Assembly: GCA_965223505.1 (NCBI GenBank)
Contig: CBDCWP010000007.1
Span: 66,640 to 130,639, forward strand
Length of the DNA: 64,000 nucleotides
From: Planctomycetota bacterium
Lineage (GTDB): Bacteria > Planctomycetota > PLA2 > JAEUHO01
Direction: 5' to 3'
Under the pieces are notes generated by a model. That model was not told where the DNA came from, did not search any database, and was given only the letters and a program-made list of their open reading frames with translations. This document shows, piece after piece, positions 19,547 to 29,085 of this stretch (position 1 is its first letter; each line of letters opens with the position of its first letter). Both the position numbers and the translations under genes were made by a program.

Positions 19547-20938
19547 ATGAGCGACGTGGCGTTCCTTCGCGGACTTCTGGCTTTCCAGAGCCTGACCGAG
19601 GAGGACGCGGAGCGTCTGCTGGCGAGCAGCCGCAAGGAGACGTTTCCCCCCGACACCAAGATCCTCCAGTTCGGAGAGTCGGGGGACACGATGTACGTCA
19701 TCGTGGAGGGAGAGGTGGAGGTCAGCGTCCCCGATCAGAAGGGGCGGGCGACCTTCCGGGTGTTTCTCGACCGCGGCTGCATCTTCGGCGAGATGGCGCT
19801 GCTGACCGGCGATCCGCGCAACGCCGACGTGATGGTGCACGGCGACCGGCCGTGCGTGTGCCTCGTCCTCGAGAAGGCCGCGGTGCTGTCGCTGATCGCG
19901 GAGCACCACGACATCGCGCAGTTCCTGACCGAGATCTTGGACAAGCGCCTGCGCGGGGCCGACTCGGTGCAGCGCATCGGCCGGTACCAGGTGTTGTCCG
20001 TGCTGGGGCGCGGCGGGATGGCGACGGTCTTCGAGGCCTTCCATCCGATCCTGCACCAGACCGTCGCGATCAAGCTGCTCGCGCATCGGCTCGTCCACCA
20101 GCCCGGCTTCTCGGCGCAGTTCCAGGAAGAGGCGAAGCTCATGGCGTCGCTTCGCCATCCCAACATCGTGCGCGTCTACGACGCGGCGGCGGGGTACGGC
20201 ACCTACTACATCGTGATGGAGCGCCTCGACGGGGACGACCTCGACAATCTCGTCAAGTTGCAGGGGCCCATGGGCATCGGCCAGGCGCGGCGCGCGCTGC
20301 TGGCCGCGTGCCGCGCGCTTCATTACGCACATGAACGGGGTGTCGTGCATCGCGACGTCAAGCCGGCCAACATGTTCCGCGAGGCCAACGGTCACATGAA
20401 GCTCGTGGACTTCGGCGTTGCCGCCGCCGGCGTCGTCAGCCGGTGCAATCCCGACCTCCCGATTCTCGGCTCGCCGGAGTATGCCGCGCCCGAGCTGTTG
20501 CAGGGGCAGCCCGTCGATCGCCGCGCGGACATCTACTCGCTCGGCATCACGGCGTTCCATCTGCTCACCGGCAAGCTCCCGTTTCCGGCCGCGCCGATCA
20601 CCGAAGCGATCGCGGCGCAGATCGGGCACGACCTTCCGGATCCGCGCGCGCTGCGTCCCGAGCTGCCGGACGACTTGCTCACGTTCATCACCCGCGCGAC
20701 GGCGAAGGATGCCGCCGAGCGCTTCCAGACCTGCGTCGAGGCGGAGAAAGTCCTTCTGGAGGGGCTGCGCGGCGACGATACCGGCCAGCTCAGGGCCCGC
20801 AGCGTGAAGCTGTTCTTCGAGAAGGGCGACGAGGAGCACGCGGACTTCGTTTGCGAGCGCATTCGCGAGATCGTGGACGAGACCGCGCGTGTCACCGCGG
20901 ACATGGACGGCGCGGATTCCGTGAGTCCCGACGAATGA
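19547..20938 (+). CDS. Ser/Thr protein kinase with N-terminal cyclic-nucleotide-binding domain
   Basis: GESGDTMYVIVEG...FGEMALL...RNADV (cNMP domain); GRGGMATV, VAIK, HRDVKPAN, DFG and APE. Confidence 0.9.
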   Translation: MSDVAFLRGLLAFQSLTEEDAERLLASSRKETFPPDTKILQFGESGDTMYVIVEGEVEVSVPDQKGRATFRVFLDRGCIFGEMALLTGDPRNADVMVHGDRPCVCLVLEKAAVLSLIAEHHDIAQFLTEILDKRLRGADSVQRIGRYQVLSVLGRGGMATVFEAFHPILHQTVAIKLLAHRLVHQPGFSAQFQEEAKLMASLRHPNIVRVYDAAAGYGTYYIVMERLDGDDLDNLVKLQGPMGIGQARRALLAACRALHYAHERGVVHRDVKPANMFREANGHMKLVDFGVAAAGVVSRCNPDLPILGSPEYAAPELLQGQPVDRRADIYSLGITAFHLLTGKLPFPAAPITEAIAAQIGHDLPDPRALRPELPDDLLTFITRATAKDAAERFQTCVEAEKVLLEGLRGDDTGQLRARSVKLFFEKGDEEHADFVCERIREIVDETARVTADMDGADSVSPDE

Positions 20939-21012
20939 GAATCGCGCTCAGAGAGAGCTTTCCGTCGACTCGCGTCGCGCTACCCGCCGGACCACGAGGG
21001 GTTCCAACACAC

Positions 21013-22050
21013 ATGAGACTCGCCACCGTTCTGTTCCTGTTGCTCCTGTTCCCCGGCCTTCCGGCGATTGCCGAAGAAGGCGACGAAGAGGAGAAGCCCA
21101 AGGGCGAAGAGGGGGAGCGGCCGGGCGGTCCCGGCGGCCGGCGCGGCGGTCCGGGCGCGGGGCGCGGCGGCATGGGCCGCGGCGGCTCGATGTGGGACCG
21201 CGTTCGTCGCTTCGACAAGGACGGCGACGGCAAGGTCACGGCCGAGGAATTCACGGGCCCGCAGCGCTTCTTCGACCGGATGGACACCGACGGCGACGGC
21301 TGCATCACCAAGGACGAGGCCGAGGCGATGCGCGGCGGCCGCGGTCAGGGCGGCGGTGGCCGCGCGGGCGGTCTGAGCCCCACTGCGATCGACACCGACA
21401 AGGACGGCAAGGTCTCGCAGGCCGAGTGGACGGCGTGGTTCGAGAAGGCCGACAAGAACGGCGACGGCGAGGTGGACACCCACGAGTGGGCCGCGGCCTC
21501 GACGGGGCGGGCGCTTCGCGATCCCGCGCCGAAGGTCGGCGACGCCGCGCCCAAGGTCGAAGTCGAGTCGCTGAAGACCCGCAAGCTCGTCGACTTGAGC
21601 GCGCCGAAGCGCACCACGGTGCTGATCTTCGGCTCCCACACCTGAGGGCCGTTCACGAAGCAGGCGGATCGTCTGCAATCGGTCTACGAGGCATACAAGG
21701 ACAAGGCCGATTTCTATCTCGTCTACATCCGTGAAGCGCACGCGAGCGACGGCTGGCGACCTGCCTCGCACGTCGACATTCCGCAGCCGACGTCGTTCGA
21801 CGAGCGCTCGGGCGTTGCGGGCAGCTGCTCCGAGGCGCTGAAGCTCACGATGGAGTTCCTCGTCGACGACATGAAGGACACGGTCGCCAAGGCGTACAAC
21901 GCCCATCCCGACCGGTTGTTCATCCTCGGCGCGGATGCCAAGGTCGCGTACCGCGGCGACCGTGGTCCGCGCGGCTTCAAGGTCGACGAGATGGAAGCCG
22001 CGTTGAAGAAGATCGTCGCGGCGTCCGAGACGACCGAGTCGAACGGCTAG
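21013..22050 (+). CDS. Secreted EF-hand / iodothyronine-deiodinase-like selenoprotein (UGA 21643-21645 = Sec211 predicted), 345 aa
   Basis: Signal peptide and four EF-hand loops, then LIFGSHT-TGA-GPF continuing in frame into VYIREAHASDGW and AYNAHPDRL to TAG 22050. Confidence 0.85.
21646..21685 (+). promoter_or_regulatory. Candidate bacterial SECIS element
   Basis: Upper stem GCAGGC/GTCTGC (21660-21676) with GGATC loop starting at +21 from UGA; lower stem GGCCG/CGGTC. Confidence 0.6.
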
Positions 22051-22387
22051 GTAGGGGGGTGACCCTCGTGGTCGCCCAACCGTTCGTCGATCGTGCACGG
22101 AGGCATGGCCGGTTGGGCAGCCACAAGGGCTGCCCCTACATGCGATTCGTCACGTGATCGTGCACGACACCTGTAGGGGGGGGGACGACCCTCGTGGTCG
22201 CCCACCGTTCGTCGATCAGGCACGGAGGCATGGCCGGTTGGGCAGCCACAAGGGCTGCCCCTACATGCGATTCGTCACGTGATCGTGCACGACACCTGTA
22301 GGGGGGGACGACCCTAGTGGTCGCCCACCGTTCGTCGATCAGGCACGGAGGCATGACCAGTTGGGCAGCCACAAGGGCTGCCCCTAC
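22051..22387. repeat. Three tandem REPIN-like units (inverted GTAG-REP pairs, period about 122-125 bp)
   Basis: Units start at 22051, 22173 and 22298: GTAGGGG..GACCCTCGTGGTCGCCC-spacer-GGGCAGCCACAAGGGCTGCCCCTAC; identical linkers; lies between convergent genes. Confidence 0.85.
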
Positions 22388-22388
22388 G

Positions 22389-23294
22389 CTACAGCCAATC
22401 CCGCGGCCGCAGGAACTCCGCGTACAGCCGCGCCTCCTCGGAGCCTTTCTCCGGCGACCAGTCGTAGCGCCACGTCGCGACCGGGGGAAGCGACGCCAGG
22501 ATCGACTCCGTGCGGCCGCCTGACTGCAGCCCGTAGCGCGTCCCGCGGTCGTAGAGCAGGTTGAACTCGACGTAGCGGCCGCGGCGGTACGCCTGGAACG
22601 CGCGTTCGCGCTCGCCGTACCGCGCGTCCTTGCGACGCCGCAGGATCGGCAGGTAGGCCGGCAGAAACGCGTCGCCGACGCTTCGCCAGTAGGCGAACGA
22701 TCTGTCGAACCCGCCTTCGGTGAAGTCGTCGAAGAACAACCCACCGATGCCGCGCGGTTCGTCGCGGTGGGGCAGGAAGAAGTACTCGTCGCAAGCGCGC
22801 TTGTGGCGCGCGTAGAGATCCTCGCCGAACGACGCACAGGCTTCGTGGGCCGTTCGATGCCAGTGCCGCGCATCTTCCTCGAAGCCGTAGTACGGCGTGA
22901 GGTCGAACCCGCCGCCGAACCACCAGTCGTCGACGGCGCCGTCACCGATGAGGAACGCGCGGAAGTTGGCGTGGGTCGTCGGCGCGAAGGGGTTGCGCGG
23001 ATGCACGATGACGGAGACCGACAGCGCCTGGAAGGGCTTGCCCGCCAGCTTCGGCCTGCGCGCCGTCGCGGCCGGCGCCAGCGACGCGCCGAGCGCATGG
23101 GAGAAGTTCACTGCGGCGCGTTCGAGAACGTCACCGCCGCTCAGGATGCGCGGGCGCGCGAATCCGCCGCGCTCTCCCGGCAGCTCGTCGCGCCGAAACG
23201 CGGCCGAGGGCTCTTCCTCCTCGAGGGCCGCGCAGACACGGTCCTGAAGATCCAGCAGGTACTCGCGAATGGCGTCCGGGTCGGGCGCGGTCAT
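22389..23294 (-). CDS. hemF: Oxygen-dependent coproporphyrinogen III oxidase
   Basis: [38 protein letters not shown] and [15 protein letters not shown] motifs. Confidence 0.95.
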   Translation of the reverse strand: MTAPDPDAIREYLLDLQDRVCAALEEEEPSAAFRRDELPGERGGFARPRILSGGDVLERAAVNFSHALGASLAPAATARRPKLAGKPFQALSVSVIVHPRNPFAPTTHANFRAFLIGDGAVDDWWFGGGFDLTPYYGFEEDARHWHRTAHEACASFGEDLYARHKRACDEYFFLPHRDEPRGIGGLFFDDFTEGGFDRSFAYWRSVGDAFLPAYLPILRRRKDARYGERERAFQAYRRGRYVEFNLLYDRGTRYGLQSGGRTESILASLPPVATWRYDWSPEKGSEEARLYAEFLRPRDWL

Positions 23295-23980
23295 GCCGGG
23301 GATTGTCCCGAGAGCTTCGCTCGCAACCAAGCGCCGATGCGTTGCAGCTCCTCGCCGCAGACCTCGTGCTGCATGGGATACGCGTGCCACTCGACGTCGT
23401 AGCCGGCGGCCCGCAGCGCCTGGCACGTGCTCTCTCCGCGCTCGAACACGACCATCGGGTCGAAGTGCCCGTGGCACTGCAGGATCGGGATCGAGAGGTT
23501 CGCGTCGGAGCGTTCGCTCTCGAGCGTCTCTCCGGCGACCAGGTAGGTCGAGAGCGCCACGATCCCGGCCAGCGGCTCCAGGTGCCGCAGCCCGAGGTGA
23601 AGCGCAACCGCGCCGCCCTGCGAGAAACCGGCGAGCACGATGCGCCGCGCATCGATGCCGTTCGCGCGCTCGCGCGCCACCAGCTTTTCCACCGCGGCGG
23701 CGGATGCGCGCAGTCCGGACTCGTCGTGACGGTTGGCGAGGTCCTCGTCGCGGATGTCGTACCAGGCCGGCATCACGAAACCGGCGTTGAGCGTGACCGG
23801 GATCGACGGCGCGGTCGGGAAGACGAACCGCACGGTGTGATCGGCCGGCAGTCCCAAGTAGGGCAGCGCAGGCACGAAGTCGTTGCCGTCCGCTCCCAGT
23901 CCGTGCAGCCAGATCACGGTCGCGTCGGCGGCGGCCGGCGGATCGACCTCCACACACGGCAGCAGGCTCGTGTCGTTCAT
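23291..23980 (-). CDS. Phospholipase/carboxylesterase (alpha/beta hydrolase)
   Basis: [30 protein letters not shown] and MQHEV motifs. Confidence 0.88.
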   Translation of the reverse strand: MNDTSLLPCVEVDPPAAADATVIWLHGLGADGNDFVPALPYLGLPADHTVRFVFPTAPSIPVTLNAGFVMPAWYDIRDEDLANRHDESGLRASAAAVEKLVARERANGIDARRIVLAGFSQGGAVALHLGLRHLEPLAGIVALSTYLVAGETLESERSDANLSIPILQCHGHFDPMVVFERGESTCQALRAAGYDVEWHAYPMQHEVCGEELQRIGAWLRAKLSGQSPA

Positions 23981-24016
23981 CGGCGCAACGGTACGGGAAC
24001 CACTAGACTGAGCGGC

Positions 24017-25198
24017 ATGGATCCCGAGTACCGCAGCGACATCAACCGCGACGTCGCGCCCGCCGGCGCGGACGAGTTCGACCCGCTGCAGATCGGGCCG
24101 CTCGAGGTCTGGCCGCCGGTCGTCCTCGCACCGATGGCCGGCGTGACCAACTACCCCTTCCGCAAGCTCTGCAAGGAATACGGCGCAGGGCTCTACGTGA
24201 GCGAGATGATCACGGCGCGCGGGATCGTCAACGAGCATCCCAAGTCGCTCAAGCTCGCCGACTTCGGACCGGACGAGTCGCCGCGCTCGCTGCAACTCTA
24301 CGGCGTCGAGCCGGTTTCGATGCGCGAGGCCGCGCGCCGGCTCGCGTCGGACGGGCGCGTCGATCACATCGACCTCAACTTCGGCTGTCCGGTGCGCAAG
24401 GTGACCTCGAAGGGCGGGGGCAGCGCGATCCCCGCCAAGCCGAAGCTGCTCGCCAAGCTGGTCGGCGCGACGGTCGAAGGCGCGCGCGACGTACCGGTCA
24501 CGATCAAGTTCCGCATGGGCATCGACGAAGACCTGATGACCTACCTCGACGCCGGCCGTGTCGGCGAGGAGCAAGGGTGCGCGTCGGTCGGGCTGCACGC
24601 CCGCACGGCGGCGCAGCTCTACGACGGCGAAGCGCGCTGGGAGGCGATCGCCGAGCTCAAGCAGGCCGTGACGTCGATTCCGGTGCTCGGCAACGGGGAC
24701 ATCTGGGAGGCGCAGGACGCGTTGCGCATGATGCGCACGACCGGCTGCGACGGCGTGATCGTCGGTCGCGGATGCCTCGGCCGGCCCTGGCTCTTCCGCG
24801 ATCTCGCGGACGTCTTCGACGGGCGGGAGCCCCGAAATCCCCCCAACTTCGGCGAGGTGGCGCAGATCCTGCTGCGTCACGCGCACTTGATGAGCGATTG
24901 GTTCGGCGCATGGCGCGGCATGCTGATGATGCGCAAGTTCGTCGCGTGGTACACGAAGAGCTTCCCCGGCGGCGCCGCGCTCCGACACCGGCTCGTGAAG
25001 GTCGAGTCGATCGAGGAGCTGGAGAAGGGGTTGAAGGAGATCGATCCGGAAACGCCGTTTCCGCCGGCCGGCATGCGCGTGCGACGCGGGAAGACCTCGG
25101 GCACGCAGAAGGTGCACCTACCCGACGGGTACCTCGACGACCTCGATGACGACACGCCGCCGGGCCGAGCCGCGGAAGCACTGGTGTCGGGCGGGTAG
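24017..25198 (+). CDS. dusB: tRNA-dihydrouridine synthase
   Basis: LAPMAGVT, IDLNFGCPV, LHART, GNGDI and VGRGCLGRPW motifs. Confidence 0.9.
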   Translation: MDPEYRSDINRDVAPAGADEFDPLQIGPLEVWPPVVLAPMAGVTNYPFRKLCKEYGAGLYVSEMITARGIVNEHPKSLKLADFGPDESPRSLQLYGVEPVSMREAARRLASDGRVDHIDLNFGCPVRKVTSKGGGSAIPAKPKLLAKLVGATVEGARDVPVTIKFRMGIDEDLMTYLDAGRVGEEQGCASVGLHARTAAQLYDGEARWEAIAELKQAVTSIPVLGNGDIWEAQDALRMMRTTGCDGVIVGRGCLGRPWLFRDLADVFDGREPRNPPNFGEVAQILLRHAHLMSDWFGAWRGMLMMRKFVAWYTKSFPGGAALRHRLVKVESIEELEKGLKEIDPETPFPPAGMRVRRGKTSGTQKVHLPDGYLDDLDDDTPPGRAAEALVSGG

Positions 25199-25200
25199 CG

Positions 25201-25956
25201 TCACTTTCCGAACCGGCGCTTGCGCTGCTGGTACGCGCGCACGATGCGCAGCAGATCGAGCTTACGAAACGACGGGAAGTGCACGTCCGTGAAGAACAGC
25301 TCCGAGTACGCGGCCTGGTACAGCAGGAAGTTGCTCAGGCGCGATTCGCCGCCCGTACGGATGATCAGGTCGGGATCGTCGCCGCCGGTGTACAGGTGAC
25401 GGCCGAGCATCTCCTCGTCGATCGAGTCGCGGTCCACCTCGCCGTTCTCGATCTTGGTCAGGAGCGACTTGAACGCGTCGATGATCTCCTGGCGGCCGCC
25501 GTAGGCGATGCAGAAGTTCAGCCGATAGGCGTCGAAGTCCTTCGTGGCCGTGTCAACAAGGTCGATCGCGTCGAGCACGTCCTGGGGGAGCAACTCGGTG
25601 CGGCCGAGGACGCGAACGCGCACGCGATTGCCGAGGATGCGCGGGTCCTCCGCCATCGCTGCCAGCTTGTGGGCGAAGAGCTCCATGAGCATCGCGACCT
25701 CGCGGTCCGACCGGTCGAAGTTCTCGGTCGAGAACGCGTACAGCGTCATCGTCTTGATGCCGACCTCGCGGCCCCAGTCGACGAGCGCCTCGACGGTGTG
25801 TGAGCCGAGCTCGTGTCCCTCCCAGGGGAGGCGTCCGTGCGCCTTCGCGTGGCGGCGGTTGCCGTCCATGATGAAGCCGACGTGCTCCGGAACGGGCAGC
25901 TTCTCGATCTCCCGGCTCAGGCGCCGCTCGTACATGCGGTAGGCGGCGCGCTTCAC
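25201..25956 (-). CDS. uppS: cis-Isoprenyl diphosphate synthase (UppS family); start uncertain
   Basis: IMDGNRR, YAFSTENF and DLIIRTGGESRLSNFLLYQ motifs. Confidence 0.85.
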   Translation of the reverse strand: MKRAAYRMYERRLSREIEKLPVPEHVGFIMDGNRRHAKAHGRLPWEGHELGSHTVEALVDWGREVGIKTMTLYAFSTENFDRSDREVAMLMELFAHKLAAMAEDPRILGNRVRVRVLGRTELLPQDVLDAIDLVDTATKDFDAYRLNFCIAYGGRQEIIDAFKSLLTKIENGEVDRDSIDEEMLGRHLYTGGDDPDLIIRTGGESRLSNFLLYQAAYSELFFTDVHFPSFRKLDLLRIVRAYQQRKRRFGK

Positions 25957-26110
25957 GAGTCCGGGGATCTGCCAGGCCAATCGACTCCTCCGCGCAGATT
26001 CAACCCCGGAAGCGGCGAAAGGGGCACTCAAGACCGCGGCGAACCGGCGCGCCGCCGTGACCGTCACGACGCGGAACTCCTCTCCATGAGCCGGCAGGAC
26101 TCGAGCATTT

Positions 26111-26139
26111 GGACCCGGGCGGTTCGACCGCCCGGGTCC
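26111..26139. terminator. 13-bp hairpin immediately after the CocE-family stop codon
   Basis: GGACCCGGGCGGT-TCG-ACCGCCCGGGTCC; no clear U-tract. Confidence 0.45.
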
Positions 26140-28014
26140 TCACCGCAGCACGCCCACCTCGAGGTGGCTCGGGTGGGCCTTGGAGCGGTGAATCGTGTTC
26201 GTGACCGTGATGAAGTCCTCCTCGTTCGCCTCGAAGATGTTCGGGACGTACTTCTGGGGATTGCGGTCGATGAACGGAAACCAGGTGCTCTGCACCTGGA
26301 TCATCACGCGGTGCCCACGCTTGAACGTGTGCAGCACGTCCTGCAGCTCGAACGAGATCTTCGCGACCTCGTTCGGCGTGAACGGCTTCGGGGTCTCGTA
26401 GCTCTCGCGGAAACGTCCCCGGATCACGTCGGCGCGAACGAGGGTCTGCTGCCCCCCGCGATTGGGCCCCTTGGACTTCTCGTCGTAGCCCGGGATCTTG
26501 TCGGGGTAGACGTCGATGACCTTGACGACGAAGTCCGACGCCGTGCCCGTCGTCGAGACCCACAGGTTCGCCATGATCGGGCCGGCCAGCGTCAGGTCGT
26601 CCTCGAGCACCTCGGTCTGGTAGACGAGCACGTCCGGACGGCGCGCGGCAAAGCGCTGATCCTCCGCCATGTAGTCCTTCGACCACCCGCGCGTGATGTC
26701 GGCCGTGTACGGAACGGGTTTCGACGGGTCGCTGATGTACGTGTCCGCGCCCTCTGCGGACGGCGCTTCGAAGGACAGCCCGCCGTCGGGGCCGAGATGG
26801 AGCCTCTTTGTCTCGCGCGCCTTCGGCGGCCAGGCGTCGAAGTTGCGCCAGCGGTTCGCGCCCGTCTCGAACATGAGCGCCTTGCGCTCGATCTTGGGGT
26901 GATCCCCGTCCTTCAGATGGTGCGTGAAGAACGGCAGCTCGATGTTCTCGCGGAAGTAGTCGCCCGTCTTGAAGCCGAAGTCGGCGTCGCCGAGCTTGCG
27001 TCCGTCGCCGCGCCACGCGCCGTGCGACCACGGCCCCATCACAAGGTGGCTGTGGATGCCCGGGTTCAGCCGCTCGATCGAGGCGAACGTCTTGAGCGGT
27101 CCGTACAGATCCTCGGTGTCGTACCACCCGCCCACGACCATGACCGCCGCCTTGATGTTCTTCAGGTGCGGGAGGATGTTGCGCGACTGCCAGAACGCGT
27201 CGTAGTTCGGGTGTTTCGTCATCTGCGTCCAGAACGGGATCTCGCCCTTCAGGTACTTCTCGCCGTTGGCGTTCTTCAGCGGCCCCATGTCGAGGAAGAA
27301 CTGGTAGCCGTCCGGCGTTCCGAGGTCGAAGCCCTCCTCCCACTCGGTGGTGAGCTCCTTGCGCACCTTGCCGAACGACGAGAAGAAGATGAACGAGAGC
27401 GGCAGGACGAACGCGCCGTGATGGTGCATGTCGTCCCAGAACCAGTCGGCGATGGGGGCCTGGGGCGAGACCGCTTTGAGGGCGGGGTGCGAGTCGATCA
27501 TGCCGGCGGAGCAGTAGAAGCCCGGGTACGAGACGCCCCATTGCCCCACCTTGCCGTTGTGATTCTTCACGTTCTTCAGCAGCCAGGCGATCGTGTCGTA
27601 GGTGTCCGTGCTCTCGTCGACCTGCGTGCCCGTCTTGCCCTCGATGTGCGGGCGCATGTTGACGAACGCACCTTCGGACATGAACCGGCCGCGCACGTCC
27701 TGCGCGACGAAGATAAAGCCCTCCTCTTCGTACTTCTTGCTCGGCCCGAGACGCTCGCGGTATCGATCGGCGCCGTACGGACCGATGCTGTAGGGCGTTC
27801 GGTACATCAGAAAGGGATACGTCTTCGACGTGTCGTTCGGAACGTAGACGGACGTGAACAGCCGTACGCCGTCCCGCATGGGCACGCGAACCTCGTACTT
27901 GCTGTAGTGCGAGCGGATGTACTCGCCGCGGGTGAGCTTCTCCTTCGCCGCCGCCGTCGCGCCGAGCGAAGTCGACGCGAGCAGCAGGGCACCGAGGAAC
28001 AACAGACGACGCAT
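26140..28014 (-). CDS. CocE/NonD family hydrolase (alpha-amino acid ester hydrolase-like), secreted
   Basis: PMRDGVRL, RTPY, QDVRGRFMSEG, GVSYPG nucleophile motif, GGWYDTED and GPWSHG. Confidence 0.9.
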   Translation of the reverse strand: MRRLLFLGALLLASTSLGATAAAKEKLTRGEYIRSHYSKYEVRVPMRDGVRLFTSVYVPNDTSKTYPFLMYRTPYSIGPYGADRYRERLGPSKKYEEEGFIFVAQDVRGRFMSEGAFVNMRPHIEGKTGTQVDESTDTYDTIAWLLKNVKNHNGKVGQWGVSYPGFYCSAGMIDSHPALKAVSPQAPIADWFWDDMHHHGAFVLPLSFIFFSSFGKVRKELTTEWEEGFDLGTPDGYQFFLDMGPLKNANGEKYLKGEIPFWTQMTKHPNYDAFWQSRNILPHLKNIKAAVMVVGGWYDTEDLYGPLKTFASIERLNPGIHSHLVMGPWSHGAWRGDGRKLGDADFGFKTGDYFRENIELPFFTHHLKDGDHPKIERKALMFETGANRWRNFDAWPPKARETKRLHLGPDGGLSFEAPSAEGADTYISDPSKPVPYTADITRGWSKDYMAEDQRFAARRPDVLVYQTEVLEDDLTLAGPIMANLWVSTTGTASDFVVKVIDVYPDKIPGYDEKSKGPNRGGQQTLVRADVIRGRFRESYETPKPFTPNEVAKISFELQDVLHTFKRGHRVMIQVQSTWFPFIDRNPQKYVPNIFEANEEDFITVTNTIHRSKAHPSHLEVGVLR

Positions 28015-28079
28015 GACGACCTCCCGTGGGCGCGAGACGCTACATGGCGTCGTTGCCGGGCGTCAATCGCGGTGTCGGC

Positions 28080-29012
28080 TCAGAAGCGACGCCGCCTGCG
28101 CCGTCGCCGCCGTCGCCGCGGCACGGGCGCCCCCGCGGCAGACGGCGGCGTGCGCAGTGCCTTCAGGCCCGGAGAGGGCGGCGTACGCAGCAGGGCGTCC
28201 AGCGCGTCGCCGATCTCCTTGGCGGAGGCGTATCGGTCGACGGCGTCCTTCGCCAAGGCGCGATTCACGACGGCTTCGATCTCCGGCGAGACCGTCTCGA
28301 CGAACGAGTGCAGCGGCGGGGGCGTGGCGTAGAGCTGGCGCCCCAGCACGACCTGCGTGTCCTCACCGTCGAACACCGGCCGACCGGCCAGCATGTGGAA
28401 CAGCGTCGCGCCGAGCCCGTAGACGTCGGTCTCGGGTCCGAGCTCCTTGGATCCGGCCTGCTCGGGACTGGCGTACTCGGCCAGGCCGCGGTGCAGCGTC
28501 TGTCCGTTGCCGAGCAGCAGCTCGAGCCGCGTGAGGCCGAGTCCGCCCAGCTTGGCCGGGCCGTCGTCGGTGATCACGATGCAGCCGGGATGGACCCGCC
28601 CGTGGATCACGCCGAGGTCGTGCAGGTAGGTCAGACCGGCGGCGACGTCCCGCGCCACGCGCACGGCCAGCTCTTCGGTGAGCGCTCCGCGTTCGAGGAG
28701 CGTTCTGACGTCGCGGCCCTCCGGGCGCTCGAACACGACGTAGCAGAAGCCGTCGTCTTCGCCGACGTCGAGCCCCGACACGATCCGGGGATGCCGGAGC
28801 TTGGCGACGTCACGCGCGTAGCGAAAGAACCGTTCCCGGCCGGCGGGATCGCGGGCCTGGTCCGGCGCGAGGACCTTGAGCGTCACGAGGCGGTCGAGGG
28901 ACTCCTGACGCGCCGTGTAGACCGGCCCCGTCGCGCAGCGCTCCACGAGCTCGATCGGGCTGTAGCCGCCGACGCGGCGTCGCCGCGGTTGCTGTCCTTC
29001 GTCGGTCGACAT
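28080..29012 (-). CDS. Ser/Thr kinase-fold protein with degenerate catalytic motifs (pseudokinase)
   Basis: Kinase scaffold retained (VTLKVL, YASPEQ, TDVYGLGATLF, ALAKDAVDRY) but HGRVHPGC replaces HRDxKPxN and GLG replaces DFG. Confidence 0.75.
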   Translation of the reverse strand: MSTDEGQQPRRRRVGGYSPIELVERCATGPVYTARQESLDRLVTLKVLAPDQARDPAGRERFFRYARDVAKLRHPRIVSGLDVGEDDGFCYVVFERPEGRDVRTLLERGALTEELAVRVARDVAAGLTYLHDLGVIHGRVHPGCIVITDDGPAKLGGLGLTRLELLLGNGQTLHRGLAEYASPEQAGSKELGPETDVYGLGATLFHMLAGRPVFDGEDTQVVLGRQLYATPPPLHSFVETVSPEIEAVVNRALAKDAVDRYASAKEIGDALDALLRTPPSPGLKALRTPPSAAGAPVPRRRRRRRRRRRF

Positions 29013-29085
29013 CCCCGCTCCCGTTGGAATCCCACCTGGGGACTCACGTTGCAACGAGCATGCCGCGCGACACCGCGGCGGCGAT

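Noticed and set aside
21850..22050. Separate 66-aa gene, or a nonsense pseudogene of a deiodinase-like protein
   Set aside because: It is in frame with the upstream part, and the only interruption is a UGA exactly at the catalytic Sec position, followed by a hairpin
22051..22387. CRISPR array
   Set aside because: The sequences between palindromes are near-identical rather than unique spacers, the period is about 122-125 bp, and no cas genes are present; it fits REP/REPIN
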